DNA of 64,000 bases from the human T2T-CHM13v2.0 reference genome, Homo sapiens (GCF_009914755.1 NC_060943.1), one strand, 5' to 3'; positions 19,811-44,821 are shown, counted from the first letter of the stretch. The notes: a model not told the origin generated them from the sequence alone. Numbers and translations: made by a program.

Positions 19811-20228
19811 ACTGAGCAAGAAAAATTCAACAGAAACTACTACTCTCACACATTTCAGACCTATGCAAAAAGAGAACTTTGAGAATAGTTTTAGTTTCTC
19901 AAAAAAAATCAGATATTTTTGTCCCCAAAACACTGGAAAAGAAGCCAGATTATGCAGCCTCTTATATGCTGTGAAGTGGACTTTGGCTCTCACTGTGAAC
20001 TTGAAGGGAGCTCACTAAAAGAAAAGAAGAATTCTTAAAGAATTTAAAAGCATATGACAGAAGTGTCACTTTGTGAGAGAAAAATTAAAACAAAAACAAA
20101 AACAGCTGCCCAGGACTATTTCCTTTGGAACACAGCTTCCCAAAACACATTTTAAGGACTGGCTTTCTCTTTAACCTTGGGATCTCTTATCTGTGCCATC
20201 TGTTGCATTCGTTTTCACTCGCACCCAC

Positions 20229-20317
20229 CTTGGTGTTTGGCAATCATCTCATGTCTCTTCATAGTTTTTTTTCTTATTCCAGACAGGTGATCAGGTCTGG
20301 CTTAGAGACAACAATAA
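20229..20317 (-). pseudogene. KRAB-B exon (89 bp) with TAA and 7-bp deletion
   Basis: Acceptor AAACAG|, donor AAG|GTGGGT; VVSKPDLITCLE then TAA at 20276-20274. 89 bp versus the usual 96 bp; downstream MKRHEMIAK is out of frame. Confidence 0.93.
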
Positions 20318-20489
20318 CTGTTTTATTAAAAATAAATAACATGAATCTTTCTCATATTCTCCAATTACAAGCTAGTAATGTGCTCAGCAGAGAGGATGTA
20401 ATACAATATTCTGGTAAATTAATACCAAAATACTAACTTATAACAGAAATTTCTAAATATTTAGAAAATACTTTCAACCTGTAGGTTTC

Positions 20490-20806
20490 TTTTTCTTTAT
20501 TTTTTAATTTTTTTTATTTTTTTGAGACCGAGTTTGGCTCTTGTTGCGCAGGCTGAAGTGCAATGGTGCGATCTCGGCTCAGTGAAACCTCTGCCTCCCG
20601 GGTTCTACCAATTATCCAGCCTCAGCCTCTGGAGTAGCTGGGATTTCACGTGTGTGCCACCATGCCTGGCTAATTTTGTATTTTTAGTAGAGATGGAGTT
20701 TCTCCATGTTGGTCGGGCTGGTCTCGAACTCCTGACCTCAGGTGATCTTCCTGCCTCAGCCTCACAAAGTGTTGGGATTATAGGCGTGAGCCACTGTGCC
20801 AGGTCC
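20490..20806 (-). mobile_element. AluS in ZNF intron 2
   Basis: Full dimer, TSD GTAGGTTT. Confidence 0.92.
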
Positions 20807-21153
20807 TGCACGTAGGTTTTTAAATTTTACTACCTGATACTACTGAATCAAAACTTGGTGCTGGCAGTTAGATTTTCAGGTGGGAGCAACCATATTTTAT
20901 GCCAAAATTTCGGGAATTACCACAAATTTAGAGTGAAGAATACAGCTCAACTCAGGAATGTGGAAAGTTTGGATTAAGATGAAATATCTTGAAGAAATTC
21001 TTTTCTAAATGAAAAAATTCTGAAGATTTTCTGGGAAAAAAGCATTCTGAAACTCTTTGATGCAAAGACTAAATTACTAAAAAACACTCCACAAGAAAAG
21101 ATAAATAAAACCTTCAGGGTATGTTACGAATTATGTATTAAAGTTATCCTCAC

Positions 21154-21349
<196 letters not shown>

Positions 21350-21589
21350 TTATTTTGACTTAAGGTGAAATTGGAAAGTAAAGAGAACTGGTTCTTACTT
21401 ATAGGACTGACTAAAATTATCCAATAAAATAATTTTCAACACAGAAATATGCTCTAATGTATTCTTTAACTCTGAGAAAGAGGAGCAGCGTAAGATCCAC
21501 AACATCATTACATATATGATATTTTTCTAGGTAACGAAGTATAAAATTAAGGGATTGAACATGAACATGTACATTTTTGAGGGCAACAT

Positions 21590-21805
21590 CCACCTACTGG
21601 GCTCAAGTGATTCTCCTGCCTCAGCCTCCCGAATTCTGTTACTACAGGCTTGTACCACCATGCCTGGCTCATTTTTTTTTTTTTTGAATTTTTAGTACAG
21701 ATGGGGTTGCACCATGTTAGCCAGGATGGTCTCAATCTCCTGACCTCGTGGTCCACCAGCCTCTCAAAGTATCGGGATTACAGGAGTGTGCCACTGCATC
21801 TGGCC
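21590..21805 (-). mobile_element. Partial Alu
   Basis: Alu consensus match. Confidence 0.85.
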
Positions 21806-21978
21806 ACAAGCATTTTCTTAATCCTGCTCTGCATAGAGCTAATGGAACACACAGATGGAGCCTCAACATTACATGTTTTCCATCTTTACTAAGGACCACA
21901 GTTTTTCCCAAGAGAAATCTTGAGTATCCACACCTTCTCATGTTCAACAGCCATAAAGGGAACATTTTTAATATTGCA

Positions 21979-22615
21979 TATTGGAAACAACTGCTCAGAG
22001 TTTCAGAGTAAGTGAGCACTCAAATCGAGAACGTTGAAGCAAGGCAAATTTACTTCTATACAAGGCTGCATCTCACAGGTGGAGAAATAGCAAGAGCACA
22101 ATTGGACAAGGGAGGGGAAGGGGGTCTTATCCCTTACACCGCTAGTCCTTAGTGATGTGTCTTTCTCCTATTGGCTAGGGTTAGACCGCACAGTCTTAGC
22201 TAATTCCAATTAGCTATTTTAAAGAGAGCAAGGGTGGCGAGGTGAGTAGTTTCAGCAGGAAGGATGGTCACAAGGCATTTGACTGGGGGTGACTCAGAAT
22301 AGAGCAGGTAACTAGGGATGATTCACAGCAGGTGACTAGGGGTGACTCAGAACAGATTAGGTGACTGGGGATGAGTAAGGACCCTAAATATGTGAGTTAG
22401 AAGGGGGTTGCTTACTGAAACTAGGGGCAAGGAGACATAAAGATTGAGGAATTTAAACATTAAAATGGAGAACAAAGAACAGGGAAGCTGATAATACTGA
22501 AATATTGGTTCTTTGAAGAGGACTTCAGAACTCATTGTACTTAACGATTTTCCTCTCTTGGATTTTAAAGGAAGTTAAGCTGAAACCTTTAAAGAGATAT
22601 TTACTGTATCCTACA
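21979..22615 (-). mobile_element. Solo LTR10-family (LTR10A-like) LTR with AP-1 repeat region
   Basis: Minus strand starts TGTAGGATACAG; internal GGTGACTCAG repeats; 5-bp TSD ttgca/tttca. Confidence 0.8.
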
Positions 22616-22762
22616 TTTCAGATCATAAATTCTTGCTGAGAATTCTGCATGGCATATAAGAAGCTACGACATAGAAAATGTAGAGAAAGTTCTGGAATAT
22701 AGGAAATAAATATTTTTCGGAGACCCTTGACTATCATAAGTATTTTAAGAAGAACTCAAACT

Positions 22763-28911
<6,149 letters not shown>

Positions 28912-30786
28912 AAGAAGCACTTAAACTAAACTCATTAGGGAGGAAAAACACAAGTAGAGAAGTAAAGGTTTGTGAATACCAAACGCATGGCAGTCCAGGA
29001 GGCAGAGTGGACACTGCTCTTGATGTGAGACATGTTTACCTGAAGAAAAGCCATTTTTTCTCTTTCTTCTCCTTCTCTGGAGTTCCTTCTCAGATGAGAC
29101 TCTCTGAACAAATTACACCTGCATCTTGAGAATATGCCTTTAAGGATGTCAGTGCCACATATTTACCTGCTAGCATGACAACAACTGGCAGAAAAAGAAA
29201 AAGTCCAGCCATTTCTTTCCTTTAAAACAGAAGAGATTCAGGAACAATGTGCTGCTCCATGAAGATAATAGTATGTTTCTCCTTTCCTTTCCTCAGGTGC
29301 CATCACCTGCCACAGACACCAGCAATTTCTTCTACAGTAATGCAGATATATGCCACACTGACCTGTCCCTACCAAATCCAAACAGAACAGGCCTTGTAAC
29401 CACCCTTTAGTGCAAAAGTGGAACTTAATTCTCATGACTGTATTTTGAAGTGTTCATACTTGATTCTGGCCTCACCTTAGAGTCACATGAGGCCCTTAAT
29501 TAAAACAACCTGAATGCTTCCACCCAGAGGAATAAACAGAAGCTGTGGGGAGGGCACAAGATATTTCTGCAAATTGGCCATGTTGTCCTAGTGACAAGCC
29601 TGGGCTGATAACCACTAAGGTAAGCATTTTCTCTCAAGCTTTAACGAGCTTATAAATCACTTGGTAAATTTGACCCCACTTTATGTAATGTGATTCTGCA
29701 GGTTTGAAAAAGGTCCATAAATAGGTGTTTTAAACAAGTTTCCTGTCAATGCTGATGTTGCTCCCCCTTCGCTCATTATTAGCATTAGTTAGAGAAAGCA
29801 GGCACAGTACAGGGTTCCTTACACTCTGAACTCTTGTAACAACCAAATACTTCTGGTACAAATAAGGACAACCCATCTGCATCCTAAAGACATATTATTT
29901 GCTGGCTCTTTAAAGTTGACAGAGAAAATAGGAGGCAGCAATATCTCAATACGTTTGGATTTAAAAACAACATGTACACCTGTACTAATGCAATGTTTAT
30001 TAAGCAGGTACTATGAGCTCAAGAGTAGGATACAGAGCACTGTGCTGGGCATAACACATTATGTGATTTAATTCTGATAACAACCTGGGAGCTGGTACTA
30101 AGGGTTTAATAATTTCCAGGATTTAGATAAAGGGCCCAGCATTTTTATTTCTTCTTGTTTCTCTGTCATCAAACCTTTTAAAAATTGTAAAGAATAAAAG
30201 CTAAATATAGACAGATGAGAGAAATATAGAAAGGAAGAGTTTAATGTAGTGTACAGAAAATTTTATTCTGTTTATGTTTACTTTTTTTGTGACTTGTGTA
30301 GCAATGACTGGGTCTGTAGGAATAGAAAACAAGTTACTAAATAGAATGTCTCTGCAAGCACTGGTTTTAATAGAAAATTTAAAAACTAATACCCGACAAT
30401 ACATAATTTATTTTTCCTATTTATCTGCTTTTGGGTTTCAGAAATTTGTGAGCACCAGGTCTAGAAATGCAACAGGATTCCCCAGCCAAAACTCTGATCC
30501 CTTCTAATCAGTTCTGTGAGGCAAGACTTCAGGGTAGGTTCAGACCTAAATAAGGCCTCCAAAAAGGGTTAATCTGAACAGGTCTGTGACAGGAGGAAGA
30601 CCCTATGTAGAATTCTGTTCTCTATGGCACTACAGTACTTCCAGTTTTGTTTTTTCTAAGCTTACCTAAAAGAAACTTAAATCCCAGAGTTTCTGTAATT
30701 TTAGACTCTTCTAGCCACTATCCTGTCAACTTTATACTATATACTAATATGCAATTACATAAATCCCTTAAAGTTTTCTAGGGTAA

Positions 30787-31069
<283 letters not shown>

Positions 31070-31137
31070 TTTCTAGGGTAATTTTATTAGAAAATAAATA
31101 TGTACACGTAGCAAGGTAAAAGAAATAAAAATTATAC

Positions 31138-31512
<375 letters not shown>

Positions 31513-32031
31513 TCATGAATATCCCTACAGGTGTAGCCAACAGAAGTCACAGCAATATAAAGAAAGTGGCCTAAATAAAGCCCAAGATTTTGGACACATC
31601 TCTTTGTTGGACCAACCATATGATGCTTAATTTAATTATTTACCCAGTTGCTAGTCTAGATTAAAAGTTTCTGGATTGTAGGAACCATGACTTCTTCATT
31701 TTTTTTTTAACGACTACATGAAATGGAAGCAACTAGTTTATCTATTTGGGTCTCCAGATCTTTTCCTTGTTTATTATCCAAGTACCAGGAAACTGGAGAA
31801 ACTGTCATCTGTGTATCAACCAAAGACACCTCTTGTATGAGGGGATGAACAAATACAGGATGACTCACTTCTCTTACACTGAGACAGAAGCAGAATTAAC
31901 CACTCTTGTCAGCCTGAAACAATTCTACTCTGGCCATCCTGAAATGCCTCAAACACACCTAGGTGATTGTGAGAGAATTCCCAGTGACCCAGGGCTGATG
32001 GCCCAATAATAAGCCAGGCTGGAGAGACTCA

Positions 32032-32417
<386 letters not shown>

Positions 32418-32517
32418 CTAGCTCTTGTGTAAGGGAAAGAACAAAAATACTCTACTCCAGTAACACATTTTACAGGTAAATATAGTTGTGGCCATGGCTC
32501 TGCATATGTTGTAGCCT

Positions 32518-33925
32518 GATAATGGGAATGGGAGCAGTGTTTCAGCCCCAGCTTCTACTTATAATGGTGACATGGAAAAAATACTGCTGAGTTTCCAGCA
32601 TGAGTCCAGATAGAGATAGCTCCAAAAGTTCTCACTGCGACAGCCCACCTCATTCAGGCACCATGGGATACTAATAGGGCTTCTGAAACAGACAAAGCAC
32701 TGGAGAGAAAAACAGATCTCCATCTGAGCAAGATTATTTTGAAAGAAGAAAGTTAAAAAGATCTTAAGAAAAAGCTTAGATTAGATATAAGATTGATTAT
32801 GTCAGCCAGAAAATATTCCCCTAAAAGAAATTTCTCTCTAAACACCCAATGTACATAGCATGAGAAACATATGAGCATTATGAAAAAATGGGGCATATTT
32901 TCAGAGGAATTTTATAGAAGTTTCTTTTCCATCTCTGCTGCTCTCTCATGTCATAGCCATTGAATGGGGGTTCTATACTGAAATACATCTGACAACTTAA
33001 CACTTTTTGATGAATAAATAGAATCTGACTGTGTTCATATAGTGGAATACATTAGAAATTGCAACATAGCTAACTGAATAGTTATTATGGTGTTTGGGTG
33101 GCCACATCACCTGTCTTTATTTATCCTGTAATAGCAGCATTCCAATTTAGTGAAATAAAAGATACTAAAATTGTGTTTAGTCGTAATTATTCCTATTGAA
33201 TAAAGTAATAAACACGTCAGACTAATATCTACTGTAACAATTTGGTAGTAAATTTTCTTTTGATATTAGATATAAATAAGTATGAATAATTTTAATGAAC
33301 TAGTCATAATGTATGTAGCATTTTTAAAAATTGTAACTATAGTTAGTTTAAAACACTTTATATTTCAAAAGGGTAATTAACAATATTAAAATAACCATTT
33401 AAGTGATTCAAAGTAATTATTGTGGCTTCATATTCATACTATTGTAGAAAATACTGTTTATGGCTCACACCTGTAATCCCAGCACTTTGGGAGGCTGAGG
33501 GTGGGTGGATCACCCAAGGTCAGGAGTTCAAGATCAAGCTGGACAACATGGTGAGACCCCATCTCTACTAAAAATACAAAAACTTAGCCAAGCGTGGTGA
33601 TGCAAGCCTGTATTCCCAGCTACTCAGGAGGCTGAGGCAGGAGAATTGCTTGAACCCAGAGGCAGTGGTTGCAGTCAGCTGAGATCACAAAACTGCACTC
33701 CAGCCTGTGCAAGAGAGTGAGACTGTCTCAAAAAGGGGGAAAATACTGTTTAATTTATATGAATGCAGGTTGTCTACAAACACTACACATAACTATGCTA
33801 ATTGTTCTGAAGTAATAAATACAAAGCAAGATAAAACTACAGACTCCACTGTTCAGTTTATGCACTGAACTGTTCTTCCTTTTGCTGTATAGGTACTTCA
33901 GCCTGCAAATATTAGATAATCACCT
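32518..33925 (+). pseudogene. BNIP3 processed pseudogene (5'-truncated CDS to 33010 plus 3'UTR), antisense in ZNF intron 1
   Basis: Intronless match to BNIP3: TATAATGGTGACATGGAAAAAATACTGCTG (YNGDMEKILL), SHCDSPP, CCATCTCTGCTGCTCTCTCAT (PSLLLSH), stop TTTTGA at 33010, followed by recognisable 3'UTR. Many frameshifts. BNIP3P number not assignable. Confidence 0.93.
33461..33738 (+). mobile_element. Alu inserted in the BNIP3 pseudogene 3'UTR
   Basis: Perfect TSD GAAAATACTGTTTA (33447-33460 / 33739-33752). Confidence 0.93.
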
Positions 33926-34019
33926 TGTGGAAAAGGTGACATAGAGGTTCCTCTTCAAAGACTTTCCTCCCTATCTAATTAGGAATAAATAGTAACTTCT
34001 CTTAGAAGCAAAATTTATT

Positions 34020-39400
<5,381 letters not shown>

Positions 39401-39907
39401 AAGCAAAATTTATTCAAAAACCTGTGCTAACGTTCTCAAATATCTGATAGCTGTAATAAAGAAATCAATACACTTTATGTTCTTAACTCCCACAATTTAG
39501 CTAAATATTTCCTGGACATGCTTATACTGGTCCAAGCAAGCATTAGGCCATAGCCTGTTCCTTATTTGAAGGTGTTTTTACCTTTCTCAGCATTCCACAA
39601 GTTACTTCCTCCTTCCTTTGTTCTCATCTGCCTTTGCCTCTTTTAAAAAGTTCTAAGTTGCTAGCCAATTGGGACAAATACAGAATGTGAGATCCTGTTC
39701 CAGCCTTTGGAAACTGGACACAGCAGTAGGGTGGATGCTTCAGGTTATAAACAACCCTGTCTCCTTTGCTCAGTGTACTCTCATGACAAAACTATTAATG
39801 AGTGTACCCTTTCTGCAGAAAGTAAAAATGGCCTTGCTGATAAAATTAAACTTATGTTCTAGTGCTATTTCGTTATGGCACCGGGGAACAAGCATTTCTA
39901 ACAATTT

Positions 39908-39925
39908 TGTTGGCCCGTATGGGGA
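39908..39925 (+). promoter_or_regulatory. Retroviral primer binding site, tRNA-Ile
   Basis: TGTTGGCCCGTATGGGGA, 16/18 to TGGTGGCCCGTACGGGGA, just after the LTR end. Confidence 0.88.
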
Positions 39926-40354
39926 TACCTTCTCCTCCAGGTGTGGTCTCCCATCCTCTCTCATGAGGAAGCGTGCTCCTCTGCCTCATTGCAGTGGCCT
40001 CAGGGATAAGGAATCAAGACCCATCCAGTGTGACAAATAAACCTGGACTCTCACCAATGCAGAAAAAAAACAAAAAACCTGACCAGTGACCAGGAGTAAA
40101 GGATTCTCACATATCACATGAACCAGAAAACTCTGTGCACAGACCGAGGTAAAAAAACACCGGGAGAGCTGCTAAAGTATTTCCTTTGTGGTTGGGACTA
40201 AGGAAAAAGCTGCAGGGCGGTAACACATTCCTTGGTTAGGATATACCAAGGAGAGAAACTGCAGGGGTGGTAAATCATTCCTTAGATGGGTCTAGGGAAA
40301 GAAAACCATGGGGGGCTGTGAAATATTCCTTAGCTGGGATATCTTGGAGATTAA

Positions 40355-40552
40355 AAAGAGGGGAGAAATCCCCATTTGGGGGGTTTGAACCTCAAAAAGA
40401 GGTAAGAAATCCCCATTGGAAGGGTTGAATCTCAAAAAGAGGTAAGAAATCCCCACTGGGGGAGTGGAACCTCAAAAAGAGGTAAGAAATCCCCAATGTG
40501 GGGATTGAACCTCAAAAAGAGGTGAGAAATCCCCATGGTGGGGTGAACCTCA
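40355..40552 (+). repeat. 40-bp tandem repeat (~5 copies) in the HERV-I leader
   Basis: GAACCTCAAAAAGAGGT(A/G)AGAAATCCCCA recurs with period 40 (GGT at 40401, 40441, 40481, 40521). Confidence 0.9.
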
Positions 40553-41452
40553 CACAAACCTCTGGTAGTAAAAAAAAGAATTCAAAACTTCCCTTTCCCC
40601 TCTTCTTGGGGAAAGAAAAATGCTAAGCTCCATTGCCACCAGTCGCTCCCCTAGGGGAAAGGGAAGGAGAGGGGGGAAATCAGCAGGTGGCTGTTAGAGG
40701 CAAAAGAAAGACCACAGAGAGGAAAAAGAAACTAGGAGAAGACGTCAAAGTAAAAGAGAGCAAAAACAGTAAGCGCAGTGCCAGACAGCCAGGCATGCCA
40801 AGGGTTAAGTCCCTTTCCCCAGCCCAGCTCTATGTGAAAAAGAGGGTGGGGACCAGTAGCAGGAGTAGAGCAGAGTAGGTGAAAGAACACAATTCTTGCA
40901 ACTTGCGGCAGGCACCTTCCAAGCCTGTGGGCCAGTGATGGCCCAGCACCCAGACTGCAGCCATACAAATCCCACCCAGCCTGAGAAACTAAGTGTAGGA
41001 AAAAAGAAAGAAAATAAAAAGGGAAATAGGAAAAAAAAATAAAAACCAGGAGAAACAGATGGCAGCACTTTCACAGAGGTGGGGCCTATGCCATTGCCCA
41101 GCCCCGCCAGAGAACTCGGGAGGGAAAAAGGAAACAGGACATGACAGAGAGAGAGACAAAAAGGAGCACAAATGAGAGAGAGAGAAATAGAGGGAAATAA
41201 TAAGTAAGAGAGAGACTGGAAGAGAGAAATCAAAGGAAGACTCAGAGGGTGAAACTAGGAAAAGAAATAGTGTAAAAGGAAGGCAGAAAGTTAAAACATG
41301 TTGAAGATTGTGAAAGTCATAAGAAAAATTATAAAAGGGAATTTATGAGAGAAATATTATATAATTTAAAAGTAATTAGGCCTCCTGAATGTAAAACTAT
41401 TCAAAAAAACAGTTTATGTACAAGGTATATAAGAAAAATAAAATATACTTTT

Positions 41453-41843
41453 CACCATAGAATAGTGTGCAGCCATAAAAAAGGATGAATTCATGTCCTT
41501 TGCAAGGACATGGAGGAAGCCGGAAACCATCATTCTCAGCAAACTATCACAAGGACAGAAAACCAAACACTGCATGTTCTCACTCATAGGTGGGAACTGA
41601 ACAATGAGAACACTTGGACACGGTCAGGGGGGAACATCACACACTGGGGCCTGTCAGGGGGTGGGGGTCTGGGGGAGGGATAGCATTAGGAGAAATACCT
41701 AATGTAAATGATAAGCTGATGGGTGCAGCAAACCAACACGGCACATGTATACCTATGTAACTAACCTGCACATTGTGCACATTTACCCTAGAAGTTAAAG
41801 CATAATAAAAAACAAGTAAATAAAAGTGAGTTAGAAAAAAATA
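41453..41843 (+). mobile_element. Short 3' L1PA fragment inserted in the HERV internal region
   Basis: ORF2 end + 3'UTR; TSD AAGAAAAATAAA(A)TATACTTTT at 41431-41452 / 41844-41864. Confidence 0.9.
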
Positions 41844-44323
41844 AAGAAAAATAAATATACTTTTAATAAAAGGATTATAAGGAGGCATAAGAATATGGAT
41901 TTTTATCTACATTAAAAGGTTAAAAAACATTTTGTTTTAGAGGTTTAAGCAAGTTTTAAAATATTAATTGTAAAGGAAACTCTGTGTGAAAACATATTGG
42001 CTAAAGTTAAAGGGGTATCATCCAGTTTTCCTGTGAACTGGACATTAAAATAAAAGCACAATAGATTTTTCTTAAAGCACTAACCTGCTCTTTAACAAAA
42101 ATTATAAAAGGTTAAAAAGAGTCTATAAAAATTTTACCTTATAGTCAGACATTAAAAGTGAATAAATAATGTCTACAAGATTTTATTTAAATTAAGTTTA
42201 ACATTAATAGCACATTAATATAAAGGTAAAATTTAACTTATCTGGTATAAAATCATACAAAAATCATTGTCAAATATAAAATGATGTTTAGCTTTCCTAA
42301 GGCCCGAGGGCGGCCGGTTAAGTCACAAGGGCCCTCATCCCCAAGGCCACAACACGCGGGGACAGTGAAGGTCACAAGAAGGCCAAGACCTTAAGAGGGG
42401 GCAGGGCCACAGCATCCCCTGGACAGCGCTAAGCAGGAATGGAGCGGGAGGCATCACCATGGGTCCTCAAGCCCCAGGATATGCAGCAGAAATTATATAC
42501 TTAATTTATCTTCCACTTTCCCTTCCCTCAAAACTAAAAGTCTTTTAACACAGGTACCACCCCTAGAATTTCCAGTACACCAGCACCAGCCTGAAAACCA
42601 AGTCCTCATCAGAAGCCAGAAAGGAAAGAAAAAACTCAAGCCAGCCTGGGAAGGACCCTATCTTATGCTGTTAACTACTGAGACTGCCATCTGCACAGCC
42701 GAGAAACAATGGACCCACCATACCCGAGTCAAGAAAACATATTCCTCATCAGAATCATGGGTTACCGTACTAGGATCAAGCCCTGCTAAGTTAAAGTTTA
42801 AAAAAAGCTTAATTTTCATATACCTTCTATATTGCTTCCCTTCCTTTCCTTATTCCCTTACTAGCTCCTTTTTTATTAATGTTACTAAGTCTGACTCACC
42901 TCAGACCATTGCCTTTAATGCTTGCTCTGTCATACATTATGGAAATGTAAAAAATCAATGACAGCTAGCCTTTTCACACAAATATTTATGTCCCAGTCCT
43001 CTAATTGACATAGTTACCCCTGGCACTCATCGTTGTAATCACCTGTAGCCAAGACGTCAATTTTCTGCTCCTACAGCCTGGAAACCTTGTAGTAAATGGG
43101 ACTACTTCCTTTAAACTACTCAGGAGCAAAGTTGGACTTCCATGAAAAAGGTTTGTGCATATCTAAAACCCCTCATCTATTTCACAAAAAGAACTACCCC
43201 TTCTAACTGTCAGCCTTATCAATGAAACCCTGTCCTTCTCTCTATCACTACCTCCACCTTAACTAACTCTAGACCTGCCCTTAGTCGCTTCTATGGTATG
43301 GGGATTGACATAAATGGAAAAGACCCCCTAGGTATTTTTAAAATATGCATCATTCCCCCATCTTCCCCTTCTTCAGTAGCCTCAGTTCTAGATCCCACAC
43401 CGGTTGCTCCTACATCTAATAATAAAACTAGGGTGTCTATTGTAAAAATAAGAGATCTAAGATAGACCTTAGCCATCAAGATAAAATATCAAGATGCAAA
43501 TGCCTGGTTGGAATGGATTAAATATTCTGTTCAGACTTTTTAAAAAAGTGATTATTATGCTTGTTCACACCATAGGCCAGAGGCCCAGATTATCCCCTTT
43601 CCACTCAGATGGTCTTCTTGTCAACCAAATATGGACTGTATGGGGCCTCTCTTTCAGAAACCCATTGCTTCGGATAATCCATCATGCTGAGCTCTCTCTC
43701 TGCTATTTCCTGAGAGTCAGCCCCTGAGGGCAATCCAGCTTCCACCTCTAGAGGCCAAGTTTACTTCGTGCCTCTCACAGCAAGGGGAAAATGTGGTGTT
43801 CCTTGGAAGCATAAAAGGATGCAAAGACCTCAATCCTTTCCAAGAGCTTGACCATCAGTCCATGCGTAGCCATCCCCAAGCAAATGTATGGTTGTACTGT
43901 GGAGGACCTTTACTGGACACTGCCAAATAATTGGAGCAGTACTTGTCCTCTAATCCAGTTGGCTAACCCATTCACCCTGGCATTTCATCAATCTAAAAAA
44001 AGTAAAAACAAAACAGTGCAGGCCAAGGGAAACTCCTTATAAATCCTTTAATCCTCAGGTTTACGTAAATGCTATTAAGGTCCTGTGAGAAGTGCCAAAT
44101 AAGTTTAAAGCACAAAATCAAATAGCTACAAAATTTAAATCCACGTTGTTCTGGTAGGTAACCATAAATAAAAAAAGTTAACTAAATACACTATATCTAT
44201 TACAATCAGCAACAATTCACAAATTGCACTAGGGACGCCATCAAGGGGATAGCTAAGCAATTAGGACGTACCAGCCGGATGGCCTAGAATAATAAAATAG
44301 CTTTAAATATAACACTAGCAAAC

Positions 44324-44494
44324 AATCTAAGCTGATCCCGGTTGACTTAGACCCAAACTTTTTCCAAATAGGGTAAATGCGCGATTTGCGAGAAAGGGAG
44401 AAGAGGGAAGAAGAAGCGGTGTGGTTGATTTACAACTTTTACAACTTATCACCAGGAAGTTGAGTCTTTGAAAAGGATCTTTGTTGTCCTAACA
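44324..44494 (-). mobile_element. 5' fragment of another LTR (probably LTR10-related), opposite orientation
   Basis: Minus strand begins TGTTAGGACAACAAAGATCCTTTTCAAAGACTCAACTTCC, similar to LTR10 5' ends; it interrupts an Alu remnant. Confidence 0.55.
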
Positions 44495-44573
44495 ACCCCT
44501 TACCCCAAGTGATCCACCCACCTGGGCCTCCCAAAATGCTGGGATTAAAGGAGTGAGCCACTGTGCCTGGCCC
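44495..44573 (-). mobile_element. Alu 5' remnant
   Basis: First ~80 bp of an Alu, cut by an LTR. Confidence 0.8.
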
Positions 44574-44810
44574 CACAAATTTTTAATAGGAGAAAAGAGA
44601 AGCTGTGAACCCCATGGATCAAAGCTCTTCCCATTCATGAACCTGCACCCTGACGCAAGATTCTCCCCTGATGACCCTCCCATGGTCCCTGCACAATCTG
44701 GGAGAGACGCCGTGCTGTGGGTGCAGAGCTGCCCAGAGAGGGCTCCAGGCCAGTGCACAGTCACTGAACAGGGAAGAGACTGGATGCCCAGGGGCCTGCC
44801 TGTCAGCGGA

Positions 44811-44821
44811 GCCGCCATCTT
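44811..44821 (-). promoter_or_regulatory. YY1 consensus site in 5' intron 1
   Basis: GCCGCCATCTT = AAGATGGCGGC on minus, ~155 bp downstream of the exon 1 donor. Confidence 0.65.

Larger units (their letters stand above)
39904..44323 (+). mobile_element. HERV-I/HERVIP10-like internal region: leader, integrase C-terminus, degenerate env; no gag/RT recognised, no 3' LTR
   Basis: PAWEGPYLMLLTTETA integrase tail at ~42641-42740; env TM-like NQIA..LFW..YIYYNQQ..TRDAIKGIA at ~44100-44320. Confidence 0.82.
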
